From NCBI GenBank assembly GCA_947492885.1, contig CANLPK010000004.1, positions 771 through 64,770 of the forward strand: DNA of 64,000 nucleotides, given 5' to 3'. This document shows, piece after piece, positions 9,180-19,355 of this stretch. The position numbers and the translations under genes were made by a program. A model generated the notes under the pieces. It was given only the letters and a program-made list of their open reading frames with translations, was not told where the DNA came from and did not search any database. The stretch comes from Bacteroidota bacterium. GTDB lineage: Bacteria; Bacteroidota; Bacteroidia; UKL13-3. Position 1 is the first letter of the stretch. Every line of letters starts with the position of its first letter.

Positions 9180-11495
9180 CTAATTTACAAAAGCAATTTT
9201 CGTTTCAAAATGTTTGGTACCATCTCTATTTGATGCCAATACAATATAAATCCCGCTACTCGCTCTACGTCCTTGAAAGTCGTTGCCATCCCATACAGCA
9301 ATACCGCCATTAGAAACCGTTTCGTATACCAGATTGCCTGCTATATCTGTAATTTTTACAATGCAATCTGCAATCAGACCTTTGATGGCGATGGAACCTG
9401 TATATCCAGGGCGAACTGGATTGGGGTAAGCATATACATCACCAAAATCTTCTTCAGCAGTAACCGCATCTGTTTTAAATGTGATTAGTCCTTTATCGGT
9501 AGCAATATATAATTCACCCGTTTTAGGATTGAGTTCGAGGTCAATAATATTATTACTAAACAATGGGCTATTGCTGATATTGAAATTCTTCAATACTCTC
9601 GAGCCATCACTGCTAAAAAGCCATAACCCGTTGCGAGTGCCAATCCATTTTCTATTGGCTCCATCAATTTCAATGGCGGTTACAGTTTCATATTGTAGTA
9701 ATGGCACTCCTGCAGAACCTTCGCGTACATAAGGAGTGCGAGAATCGGGTGCATCTAAATCAAATACTCGGCTAGGACTGCTGATAACCGATACCCCATT
9801 GCCAGTGCCAATCCAAACTTCTCCATCCAAATCTATCGCAACACATTGTACATCTTTACTTGCTAAGGCACCTTGCCCTTTCTGGTCGTTCAATAATCGC
9901 ACATTCACATTGTCACGATTATTCACATCAAATTCTTTAAATGCGAGTAAGCCATTCGACTCGAAGGTGCGAATCCATTTGGTTCCATTATGATCTATCA
10001 CAACCTTTCCCAATACATCTCGAGTACCAAGTAGTCCGTTAATGGTAAAATTTTTCCATGTTCCATCGCTAAGTCGGCAATGAATTGGATAAGGACCAGA
10101 AAGGAAATTCACCGCCCATAAAATATCATCTTGATCGTAGGCTAACCCTAAAACCTTTACGCCTCCAGCGGTTCCATTACGTACTGTGAAATTAGCTGGA
10201 GCGGCCGTGCCCAATACATTCGTGATATCTCCATTTATCATTTCAATGAGTCCGTAATTGAACGTGCCGATATATGTATGACTCCCATCCTTGCTAGTAG
10301 CCGAAACAGCGCAATCACGTAAGGTATCGAAGGCTTTGTAATTTGGAGCATCATAAGGATAATAAATAGGAGCATATTTTTCAATGGCATAAAACTGAGT
10401 GGGGTTATATGCAGGCTCTAGTCTCTGACTATATTTACCACCCATCACCCACATTTTATCATTATTATAATTCAAGGAAAATGCATCATTAAAACGAGGT
10501 CCTAATGGAGATGGGAATCTTACTGAACCATCTGAAATTTTCTTATCAATTAAACCATTGTCTTTCTTAATAAACCAAACATGGTCGTTTGTTAATACTG
10601 CCATCTGAGGAAATTTCTCTACAACATATTGCCGGTTGCCAGCCATATCTTCAATATAAAAACCATCTTCTTTAACCGTGAGTAATTGATTATTGAAAAT
10701 ATCGTATCCAAATAAAGTATGCTTGATATTGGTTTCGTAAAGCGACCAGGTACTGCCATTATACACTTTGTAAACGCTATCTACCTCAGCATAAATTTTA
10801 TTATTGAAAGAAGTGATATGCCCTGAAGTTTCATGCTTGCTGGAATCGGTGATAATACTCCATGAGGTACTGTTGCTTAAATTATCAATACCATTCATAT
10901 TGGCTTGCATTACTCCGAAATTGGTGCTTGTATATATTTTATTATTATTGATTGTTACACCAAACACATCGGGAACCGCGCCCCCAGGTCCAATATTCAA
11001 ATAGGAGTCTTTCACTTCTCTTTGAGTCATATCGTATACTATGATTCCAAAGCTGGTGCAGATATAAGCAAATTGATCTTTGAAATAAACGTCGTGCAAT
11101 GATTTAGTACCTACCACACTATATCGCGACAAATCGGAGACCTGAAATTTAGAAAAATCATCAATACTACTAAATGAAGATTCATTATGATAAAGAATAT
11201 CAATATTTGTACTTTCATATCCTATAAAGAGCGCTTTTGATCCAGGGTCGTATTTCACAATAGCGATATCCAATTCTGATAATCCATGAATCGTATTAAT
11301 ACGCTTTACCTCATCGGTTTCAGTGTTGAAGGAGAACATCCCACTCTGACCACCAATAAATATCATTTGTTGGGCACGAGTAAGATAATTCATATTAGCA
11401 TAGGAGAGATAGGAATTCCACGTTCCCAAGGCTGTTGGTTGTGCCAACGCTCCCAATGAAAATATAATTGAAAGAAGTAAAAATCGAATTCTCAT
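9180..11495 (-). CDS. porZ: PorZ-like beta-propeller protein with T9SS C-terminal domain
   Basis: About 770 aa with a signal peptide, repeated propeller-like blades, and the C-terminal YAYPNPVRPGYTGSIAIKGL...IYIVLASN...KIAFVN. Size and architecture match PorZ. Start taken at MRIRFLLL. Confidence 0.5.
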   Translation of the reverse strand: MRIRFLLLSIIFSLGALAQPTALGTWNSYLSYANMNYLTRAQQMIFIGGQSGMFSFNTETDEVKRINTIHGLSELDIAIVKYDPGSKALFIGYESTNIDILYHNESSFSSIDDFSKFQVSDLSRYSVVGTKSLHDVYFKDQFAYICTSFGIIVYDMTQREVKDSYLNIGPGGAVPDVFGVTINNNKIYTSTNFGVMQANMNGIDNLSNSTSWSIITDSSKHETSGHITSFNNKIYAEVDSVYKVYNGSTWSLYETNIKHTLFGYDIFNNQLLTVKEDGFYIEDMAGNRQYVVEKFPQMAVLTNDHVWFIKKDNGLIDKKISDGSVRFPSPLGPRFNDAFSLNYNNDKMWVMGGKYSQRLEPAYNPTQFYAIEKYAPIYYPYDAPNYKAFDTLRDCAVSATSKDGSHTYIGTFNYGLIEMINGDITNVLGTAAPANFTVRNGTAGGVKVLGLAYDQDDILWAVNFLSGPYPIHCRLSDGTWKNFTINGLLGTRDVLGKVVIDHNGTKWIRTFESNGLLAFKEFDVNNRDNVNVRLLNDQKGQGALASKDVQCVAIDLDGEVWIGTGNGVSVISSPSRVFDLDAPDSRTPYVREGSAGVPLLQYETVTAIEIDGANRKWIGTRNGLWLFSSDGSRVLKNFNISNSPLFSNNIIDLELNPKTGELYIATDKGLITFKTDAVTAEEDFGDVYAYPNPVRPGYTGSIAIKGLIADCIVKITDIAGNLVYETVSNGGIAVWDGNDFQGRRASSGIYIVLASNRDGTKHFETKIAFVN

Positions 11496-11659
11496 AACTA
11501 CCATAACGCTTCAAAGATAAAATTAGTGCCCTATATGTTGGTAATGAATTTTTCTTGACCAAGAAATGACCAAAACTGAAAGCTATCAATACAATCTGTT
11601 CTACAAAAGAGGAATTTCATGAACTAAAACCCTCAAAAAGTTATATAACAAGAAATCAT

Positions 11660-11667
11660 TACTTTTG
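11660..11667 (+). promoter_or_regulatory. -7 box TACTTTTG upstream of the MMPL gene
   Basis: Exact TAnnTTTG 21 nt before the ATG at 11689. Confidence 0.4.
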
Positions 11668-11688
11668 AAATCAAAATTCAAATAGTAT

Positions 11689-14022
11689 ATGTGGGTAAAA
11701 TTTGCGGCCTGGGTGCTTCGTTTTCGTTTATGGATTATCGCATTGATCTTAGGCCTCACCGCTATCCTCTCTTTTTATGCTAAGAATATTGAAGTCTCCT
11801 ACGATTTCAAAAAACTAATTCCCGCCAACGACTCCGACAATGTATTTTACGAAAACTTCAAAAAACAATTTGGGGAAGATGGAAGTGTAATGGTTATTGG
11901 TATTCAAAGTGATCATCTTTTTGAAAAAGAAACCTTCATACAATGGTGCAAACTCAATGATGATGTTGCCGCTATTGATGGAGTAAAGCGAGTTCTTTCC
12001 TTTCGCACTTTAGTAAATATTATAACTGATAGTACTACCGGGCAATTCAAACTCGATACTATTATCAAGCAAATGCCAACAACACAGGCAGAGGTAGATG
12101 ATATTCGAGATAAAATTTTAAACCTGCCCTTCTATCGTCAATTGGTATACAGTAAGGATACAAAGACCACCTTGATGGCCATTACTCTTGATACGTTCAA
12201 ACTCAATCATATTGATCGAATAGGCCTGGTTAATAGCATTCAGGATTTAGCTTCAAAATTCGAGAATGAGCATCAGATTGAAACACATTTATCGGGATTA
12301 CCACTCATTCGTACGATGTATGTTACGCGTATCAGTAAGGAGGTGGTTCGATTCATCATCCTTGGATTCCTCGTAACCGCACTTATACTTCTACTCTTTT
12401 TCCGTTCATTCACTGCGGTAGTCGTTCCAATTTTCTTAGTGGCTATCGGTGGCATTTGGTCGGTGGCATTTATTGTTATTGCTGGTTATAAAATAACCAT
12501 GCTTACAGGCCTCATACCTAGTATCATTATAGTTATTGGAGTGCCCAATAGTATTTACTTCCTCAATAAATACCATTATGAATACCGGCTCAGTGGGGAT
12601 AAGTTTGGAGCTTTACGTGCGATCATTTCAAAGGTTGGGATTGCATCTTTACTTGCCAACTCTACCACCGCCATTGGCTTTGGGGTATTTTACTTTTCGG
12701 GTACGCAAATTTTGAAAGAATTTGGAGTAGTCGCTGCATTGGGTATCATGTGTATGTACATCATTTCTTTGGTGATGGTACCTTGTATATTTAGCTTCTT
12801 GCCTGCCCCAAGTCGTCGACAAACCAAACACCTGGATAATCGCTCCTTGGATAAAATCGTTGCATTTCTCGATCGATTGGTATTTCATCATCGCAAACAA
12901 ATTTATATTACAACAGCAATAGTATTAATTATTGCTCTGGGGGGATTCTTCAAATTACGTTCGGTGGGATATATGGTCGATGACCTTCCTCAGAAAGATA
13001 AAATTGTTACCGATTTGAATTTCTTTGAAACGAATTTTGGGGGTGTTATGCCTTACGAGATATTGATTGATACAAAGAAACGAAAAGGCATTCGTAGCCT
13101 CGAAACCCTCAATAAGGTAGATCAAGCACAACAAATTATTAGCACGTATCCTGAATTTGCAAAACCAATTAGTGTTATCGAGTTATTGAAATTTAGTAAG
13201 CAAGCCTTCTATGCAGGCGATAGCAGTATGTATGCTTTGCCCGACGAATCGGAAATTGCTTTCATGTCGGATGCCATTGGGAAGCATAGTAGTGGCGAAC
13301 AGTTATTACGTGCCATGATCGATAGTAATCAGCGGGTCATTCGCATCTCAGCACAGATGTCCGATGTAGGCTCTAATAAAATTAAGGTGATCACCAATTC
13401 GTTGCAGCATCAGCTCGACTCAATATTTCCTAAAGAAAAGTATGATGTAACTATTACGGGTACCAGTTTTATCTTCCTAAAAGGAAATGAATACATGGAA
13501 AGTAGTTTGGTAGATAGCTTGATTCTAGCATTCATACTTATAACCCTTATCATGATTTACCTTTTCCGTACATGGCAAATGGTACTCATTTCTATCATAC
13601 CAAATTTGATACCTATTATCATCACCATTGGTTTAATGGGGTATTTAGATATTCGATTGAAACCATCCACGATTTTAATTTTTAGTATTGCTTACGGGTT
13701 AAGTAGCGATTTCACTATTTATTTCTTGAATCGATATCGTCATGAGTTCAAGCAACATAATAATACCATCTCGAAAATTATTAGCAATACCATGCGCGAA
13801 ACAGGGGTGAGTATGCTTTATACTGCTATTGTATTGTTTTTTGGATTTATTATCTACACGGTATCGAGCTTTGGAGGTACCATCAGTATGGGTATCCTCA
13901 TTTCATTTACCTTGATTGTTGCTGTGATATCGAACCTGCTTTTCTTGCCAAGCTTATTATTATGGCTTGAAAAATCTATCAATAAGAAAACACTTGAGCA
14001 AGGATTAGATTTTGAAGAATAG
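11689..14022 (+). CDS. MMPL/RND-superfamily (HAE3/HpnN-like) transporter
   Basis: 777 aa. Two repeats of TM1, a large loop and a 5-TM bundle, which is the RND topology. Confidence 0.75.
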   Translation: MWVKFAAWVLRFRLWIIALILGLTAILSFYAKNIEVSYDFKKLIPANDSDNVFYENFKKQFGEDGSVMVIGIQSDHLFEKETFIQWCKLNDDVAAIDGVKRVLSFRTLVNIITDSTTGQFKLDTIIKQMPTTQAEVDDIRDKILNLPFYRQLVYSKDTKTTLMAITLDTFKLNHIDRIGLVNSIQDLASKFENEHQIETHLSGLPLIRTMYVTRISKEVVRFIILGFLVTALILLLFFRSFTAVVVPIFLVAIGGIWSVAFIVIAGYKITMLTGLIPSIIIVIGVPNSIYFLNKYHYEYRLSGDKFGALRAIISKVGIASLLANSTTAIGFGVFYFSGTQILKEFGVVAALGIMCMYIISLVMVPCIFSFLPAPSRRQTKHLDNRSLDKIVAFLDRLVFHHRKQIYITTAIVLIIALGGFFKLRSVGYMVDDLPQKDKIVTDLNFFETNFGGVMPYEILIDTKKRKGIRSLETLNKVDQAQQIISTYPEFAKPISVIELLKFSKQAFYAGDSSMYALPDESEIAFMSDAIGKHSSGEQLLRAMIDSNQRVIRISAQMSDVGSNKIKVITNSLQHQLDSIFPKEKYDVTITGTSFIFLKGNEYMESSLVDSLILAFILITLIMIYLFRTWQMVLISIIPNLIPIIITIGLMGYLDIRLKPSTILIFSIAYGLSSDFTIYFLNRYRHEFKQHNNTISKIISNTMRETGVSMLYTAIVLFFGFIIYTVSSFGGTISMGILISFTLIVAVISNLLFLPSLLLWLEKSINKKTLEQGLDFEE

Positions 14023-14039
14023 GGTACGAATCACCCTGC

Positions 14040-14294
14040 TTATTTTTTTATCTCTCCTATCACTTTGAATCGGCCAAATACGGCTTCGGTATGTGGTGCA
14101 TCCTTCAGTTCATCGGTTAAATCTTGTCCGGCCCAATGCTCATAGTGCTTTCCATTAAACCAAAGACGGCTCCCCGACACATCATAAATTAAACCCTGGT
14201 AGGCAATCCATATTTCGGGCCTATCCTGCCCATTGCGCAATGCCAGTTGTTGAAGGGTATATTGATCGTGCATACTATCTAAAATGCTTAACAA
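14040..14294 (-). CDS. cytochrome b5-like heme/steroid-binding domain protein
   Basis: 84 aa. IAYQGLIYDVSGSRLWFNGKHYEHWAGQDLTDELKDAPH matches the small bacterial b5-like family. Confidence 0.65.
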   Translation of the reverse strand: MLSILDSMHDQYTLQQLALRNGQDRPEIWIAYQGLIYDVSGSRLWFNGKHYEHWAGQDLTDELKDAPHTEAVFGRFKVIGEIKK

Positions 14295-14348
14295 TTAGTT
14301 TACATTACGTAAACATGCTGTAAATATAAATCTTTAATATTTGCATAT

Positions 14349-14561
14349 ATGATTACAATTCAAGGAATTTATGATGGGGTTAAAATAGTACCCACACAAA
14401 GAATCCCACAAGGAGGTGCATCGAAAGTAGAAATTACTTTTTTTGAAGAGATATTAACCACCGTGGAAGAACAAATGCACCATTTCGCGAGTCACAGTAT
14501 TTTCGATTTCTGGGGTAATGAGCGCGACGAATCAGAATCGAATAATATCAACGAAAAATAA
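14349..14561 (+). CDS. small AF2212/DUF104-like (antitoxin-like) protein
   Basis: 70 aa. IQGIYDGVKIVPTQRIPQGGASKVEITFFEE resembles the DUF104 antitoxin fold, and the tail ...DFWGNERDE is also typical. Confidence 0.4.
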   Translation: MITIQGIYDGVKIVPTQRIPQGGASKVEITFFEEILTTVEEQMHHFASHSIFDFWGNERDESESNNINEK

Positions 14562-17500
14562 TTATTCGAAAAGTCCTTTCACTTCCTGTTCATCGAGGAA
14601 TTTGAAAAAATTCTCATCGTTATCGGTGATCTCTTTTGCCAATTGCGTTTTGCGTTGTTGCAATCCAACAATCTTCTCTTCTAGCGTATTGCGAGAGATG
14701 AATTTATAAATAAATACTTTCTTATCCTGCCCTATTCGATGTGCACGACTGATGGCTTGTTCCTCCACCGCAGGGTTCCACCAAGGGTCGGCCAGAAATA
14801 CATAATCGGCGGCAGTTAAATTCAAACCAATACCACCTGCCTTCAGGGATATTAAAAACACTTTAATATTCGAATTATTCTGAAATTTATCGACCTCATC
14901 TCGGCGTTGCTCTGGGGTTAATGTTCCATCGAGGTATGCATATGGAATTTTCAAATCATCGAAATGTTTTCGGAACAAAGCCAAATAAGAAGTGAATTGA
15001 GAAAATAATAAGAGCTTATGATTTTCATCGATTACACTTTGTGCTTTTTCTACAATATCATTAAACTTTCCGGATTCAAACCGATAATCCTTTTCATGTA
15101 AGAGCGGGTGGTTGGCAATCTGACGCAGTTTCATTAAGCCTGTAAGCACTTGCAACTTGGAACGTGAAAAGCCTTCTTCGGCAATGGTTTTGATGATTTC
15201 GTTGCGGTATTCCGATTTCACCCTTTCATACATCTCATGTTGTTCATCGGTCATATCACAATTCACTATGAACTCTGTTTTATCCGGCAAATCAGGGGCC
15301 ACCAACTCCTTAGTACGTCGCAATAAGAATGGTCGGGTAATCACTTTCAATTCATCAAGTTTCTGTGTTATATTATTTTTCTCAATAGGGATCGTATAAT
15401 GTTGGTTGAAATAATTCTGAGTACCCAATAACTTTGGATTCAAGAAATGCAATTGACTCCATAAATCACGTAAGGTATTCTCAATGGGAGTGCCGGTAAG
15501 TACTAGCCGGTATTTCGATTGCAATTCATACACCGATTGTGCTACCAAAGAGGAGGCGTTTTTTATCGCCTGCCCTTCATCAAGTATGATATAATGAAAG
15601 TATATTGGCTTGAAAATATTGATGTCCTTACGAAGCACCCCGTAAGTAGTAATCACCACATCATAAAGAGCAAAAATTTGTGACGATTTAATTCGTTGAT
15701 TACCGCTATGAATATAGAATCTTAGTTTTGGTGTAAACTTTTTTGCTTCACTATACCAGTTATAAACCAAACTGCTTGGAACAATGACAAGGCTAGTGCG
15801 CCGAGGTTCCTTCTTCTCTTTAGGTGCTTGTAAATCGTGTTCAATTTGTTCGGTGACGGTTTTTCCGCTATTCTCGGGCAAATCGGAGAGACCAAAGATA
15901 TCGAGCTGAACAACCGTTTGATGAAATACATCTGGCTTCGATTTTTCTTCAGGAGAAATAATTTCCGGTATGGCTTCCGTTTGTTTGGTCAGATCATCAG
16001 CTTTATTTAACTCATTGGCATGCTGCATATCTTCCTTTTCCTTTTGAAGCAATGCCAGCGTTTGCAACGTTTTACCCAAGCCCATATCGTCGGCTAGAAT
16101 TCCCCCAATATTATATTGTTGCAAGAAATAAAACCAATCGAAACCATGCTTTTGATAAGGTCGCAGGGTTGCCATAAGGTGCTCAGGCAATGGCACGGAA
16201 GGAATTATTTTTTCTTTATCTATCAATAATGGATTGATGATACGCAAATCATTGCCTGTTTGCAAATCTTCGATGAGTCCATAATTATATGCCTTAATTT
16301 TTATCTCATCATCATCCTGTTCGCTTAATTGAAACATGGTGGCATACTTCGAGAACCACTCTTCAGGAATGATTGCTACGGTGCCATCGGGTAATGAATA
16401 TTCTCGGATATTACGGAGGATATGATTTTTTAGTCGGATAAATGGAATCTCAAAATTTCCAAATTTCACCATGGCTTGCACATCAAACCAATCGTTGACC
16501 TTACTTACATTTATTTGTAATTCTGTGCGTGAGAAAACAAATTTCTTCTCTTGCGTTTGCACCACCTTGATATTGTTTTCCTTTAAAATATCTTCGTGTG
16601 ATGCAACCCAGGAAATAAGGTCGGAGAGGCTGCTACTGTTGCTTTCAAAGCCATTATCAAAATTTTCATTAAGCCCATTCTCTGTGAGGATAGCAAGGAT
16701 TTTCTTTTCGAGTTTTGCAAATCGTTTGAGGCGCTCGAAATGCATTTCTCCATTTTTATAGTTCAATCGAACCAATACATCACGGGTAGATAGATAATGA
16801 ACACTATCAATTTTATATTTGAAATACAATACAAAATGATAGGTGCCATCCAGCTTCTGTTGCAGTTGCAACTCAGAAATAAAGCTATTAGAAATGGTAT
16901 CAATAGAAAATCCTTCTGCGTATACATCATACTTCTCGATGACTTTGGTAACGAAGGTGCTATAAAATTTTTCTTCTGCCGATTTCGGAACGAGAATAAA
17001 TTTCTTGTTGATGAAAGGCGTTAATTTCTTTCCATCGATTCCATCTTCAAAAAAATACAAGGTGCGATTTAATAGCAACCATGCGGGTTCATTGCAAATA
17101 ACACTTGCGCTGTTCTGCATGAAATCAATCTTCTGACCAGCATTTTTTATTGTTGCAAAATAGCGGGTATCAATTTCATTGCGCCTAAAATGAAATAGCA
17201 CGCTACTTGGCTCGCTCGCAATTCTAAGTCGGTAAGCTGCGGGGTTACTTCCGATACCTTGCAAATAAAACTGGCGCTTTTTAAGCATAGGAAGCACCTC
17301 TTGCATGCGGCGCTCAATGAAGGGCTTGATATGATTTTGGATGAGTTCGGGCGTACAATGCTTTTGAAAGAATTCGGAAGGACGGATTTTTTTCTTCTCA
17401 CGATAAAACTGACGCGTGATATGCTCATTATCGAATTCATCTAAAATTTTAATGATTTCTAAATCTTCATCGGTGATTACATCCTTAAACAAATCGTGGG

Positions 17501-17645
17501 TCTTGGTGAAGATTCGTTGGTGCGTGAAGGTTAAATGATTTTGATCATTGAGCTGCACCACGAAAGGCTCAATAAGGTATCCCAACTGGGTATGCTCCAG
17601 TAGGCTATAAATTAATATATGTGGTTTATCGGGGTCTACTCTCAC
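14562..17645 (-). CDS. SNF2-family DEAD/DEAH-box helicase
   Basis: 1027 aa. ILADDMGLGKT, DEGQAIKN, LTGTPIEN and ADPWWNPAVEEQAISRAHRIGQ are present. GTG start. Confidence 0.9.
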   Translation of the reverse strand: MRVDPDKPHILIYSLLEHTQLGYLIEPFVVQLNDQNHLTFTHQRIFTKTHDLFKDVITDEDLEIIKILDEFDNEHITRQFYREKKKIRPSEFFQKHCTPELIQNHIKPFIERRMQEVLPMLKKRQFYLQGIGSNPAAYRLRIASEPSSVLFHFRRNEIDTRYFATIKNAGQKIDFMQNSASVICNEPAWLLLNRTLYFFEDGIDGKKLTPFINKKFILVPKSAEEKFYSTFVTKVIEKYDVYAEGFSIDTISNSFISELQLQQKLDGTYHFVLYFKYKIDSVHYLSTRDVLVRLNYKNGEMHFERLKRFAKLEKKILAILTENGLNENFDNGFESNSSSLSDLISWVASHEDILKENNIKVVQTQEKKFVFSRTELQINVSKVNDWFDVQAMVKFGNFEIPFIRLKNHILRNIREYSLPDGTVAIIPEEWFSKYATMFQLSEQDDDEIKIKAYNYGLIEDLQTGNDLRIINPLLIDKEKIIPSVPLPEHLMATLRPYQKHGFDWFYFLQQYNIGGILADDMGLGKTLQTLALLQKEKEDMQHANELNKADDLTKQTEAIPEIISPEEKSKPDVFHQTVVQLDIFGLSDLPENSGKTVTEQIEHDLQAPKEKKEPRRTSLVIVPSSLVYNWYSEAKKFTPKLRFYIHSGNQRIKSSQIFALYDVVITTYGVLRKDINIFKPIYFHYIILDEGQAIKNASSLVAQSVYELQSKYRLVLTGTPIENTLRDLWSQLHFLNPKLLGTQNYFNQHYTIPIEKNNITQKLDELKVITRPFLLRRTKELVAPDLPDKTEFIVNCDMTDEQHEMYERVKSEYRNEIIKTIAEEGFSRSKLQVLTGLMKLRQIANHPLLHEKDYRFESGKFNDIVEKAQSVIDENHKLLLFSQFTSYLALFRKHFDDLKIPYAYLDGTLTPEQRRDEVDKFQNNSNIKVFLISLKAGGIGLNLTAADYVFLADPWWNPAVEEQAISRAHRIGQDKKVFIYKFISRNTLEEKIVGLQQRKTQLAKEITDNDENFFKFLDEQEVKGLFE

Positions 17646-17701
17646 GGCGAATACTTTCTAAAATCGTGTTGTTAAGAAATTTAAATACTCGTAAAAAACT
17701 T

Positions 17702-17709
17702 CAAATGTA
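17702..17709 (-). promoter_or_regulatory. -7 box TACATTTG (minus strand) upstream of the SNF2 gene
   Basis: The reverse complement of caaatgta is an exact TAnnTTTG, 57 nt before the start. Confidence 0.35.
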
Positions 17710-17807
17710 AAGTAAACAATGGGTGAAATATTATTTTTTTATTCACCGTTTTTAAGCAAATTTGTGGAGTATAGTTTTCTAATTTTAACATCAATAAATT
17801 TTAAGAT

Positions 17808-19355
17808 ATGCCAGTAAGAATGGAACAAGACGAGGACAATTCTCCTCAGGATAATTATGATGATAATAACCGTGGCGGTGGTGGTGGTTTTCCTGGTGGT
17901 GGCATGATTTGGATGTTTCTGCCTTATTTAATGCGTAACCCCAAACTCCTCATCGTAGTTATAATAATTGGTGGTATTTATTTTTTTAAAGGTGGTTGTA
18001 ATAATGCAGTTGCTCCCAACCAAGCAACTAAAAATGGATATGGTGTTGGTGCGGAATTAAATCCTAAAGAATTTGATAAGGCAGAAGTATTCGCTGCCTT
18101 GAGTGATAAAGAAAAACTACCTGAAAGTGTTAGCTTACTAAAATTCGCTCCCGATCGCCAAAATCAAGGCTCACAAGGGAGTTGCGTTGGATGGGGAAGT
18201 GCCTATGCTGCACGAACTATTTTACAAGCAACAGCCACTGGTGAGGATCCAAATAAGATAGCCTTCAGTCCTTCTTTTTTATACAACCAAATTAAATTAA
18301 ACAACGATTGTGAAGGTTCCTATATTCAGCGTGCTGCCGAGTATATGCAACAAAAAGGTGCCCTTCCATTTGAAAAATTTGGATATAATGATCGCGATTG
18401 TACCAAGCGCCCTGAAGCGTTTCAATTGGAAGAAGCCGATCAGTTTCGTATCAATGGTTATAACCGTTTAACCAAAGATGGAGACGATCAAACGATTGAT
18501 ATATTGGCCATCAAACAAAACTTGGCAAAGGGTGCTCCCGTAATAATTGGGATGGCAGTAGGCGGTACCTTCATGCAAGAGATGATGGGTAAAAAAGTAT
18601 GGCACCCCACAGAAGATGATTTGAGTAAACAAGGATTTGGAGGCCATTGTATGTGTGTTATTGGTTATGACGATTATATGGAGAATGGTAGGGGTGGATT
18701 TCAAATTATGAATAGCTGGGGCCCTGAATGGGGCGATAATGGGGTGGCGTGGGTTTCTTATAAAGATTTCAGATACTTTGTAGTAGAAGCTTATGGATTA
18801 GATCCATTGATATCAAAATCAAACCCCAACAACACCAAGTTGGGTATCACTGTAGGGTTGATAAGCAAGGATTTGAAAGGCTATTATGGCCTGCAACATG
18901 AAGGAGATATTTTCCACACAGCGCAAACTCTTTCAAAGAAAACTAAATTTAAAATTGAAGTTACCAATACCATCGAATGCTATACCTATGTTTTAGGAAA
19001 AGATACCGACCAATCGAGTTATGTATTATTTCCTTATACCGAGAAACATTCGGCTTATTGCGGCATCACTGGAACCCGCGTGTTTCCGAGAGATTACAGC
19101 ATGGTACTCGATGAAATAGGCAATCAGGATTATATCACCATCATTATTTCTAAAGAGCCATTGGATATAAAAGCAATCAATACTGCGATGAATACCAACA
19201 AGGCAGGCGATTATAAAAAACGTGTGGAAGTTGCTATCGGTAATCGATTATTGAAAGGACTAAACTTCACAGGTACCAACGGAAAGATTGCTTTCCAAAC
19301 CGAAACAACGGAGAAAAATACTGTGGCGATGATTATTGAAATCAATAAGCAATAA
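17808..19355 (+). CDS. membrane-anchored papain-like (C1 family) cysteine peptidase with uncharacterised C-terminal domain
   Basis: QGSQGSCVGWGSAYA (catalytic Cys), GGHCMCVIGYDD (His) and NSWGPEWGDNG. The N-terminus has a Gly-rich tail and one TM helix. Confidence 0.75.
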   Translation: MPVRMEQDEDNSPQDNYDDNNRGGGGGFPGGGMIWMFLPYLMRNPKLLIVVIIIGGIYFFKGGCNNAVAPNQATKNGYGVGAELNPKEFDKAEVFAALSDKEKLPESVSLLKFAPDRQNQGSQGSCVGWGSAYAARTILQATATGEDPNKIAFSPSFLYNQIKLNNDCEGSYIQRAAEYMQQKGALPFEKFGYNDRDCTKRPEAFQLEEADQFRINGYNRLTKDGDDQTIDILAIKQNLAKGAPVIIGMAVGGTFMQEMMGKKVWHPTEDDLSKQGFGGHCMCVIGYDDYMENGRGGFQIMNSWGPEWGDNGVAWVSYKDFRYFVVEAYGLDPLISKSNPNNTKLGITVGLISKDLKGYYGLQHEGDIFHTAQTLSKKTKFKIEVTNTIECYTYVLGKDTDQSSYVLFPYTEKHSAYCGITGTRVFPRDYSMVLDEIGNQDYITIIISKEPLDIKAINTAMNTNKAGDYKKRVEVAIGNRLLKGLNFTGTNGKIAFQTETTEKNTVAMIIEINKQ

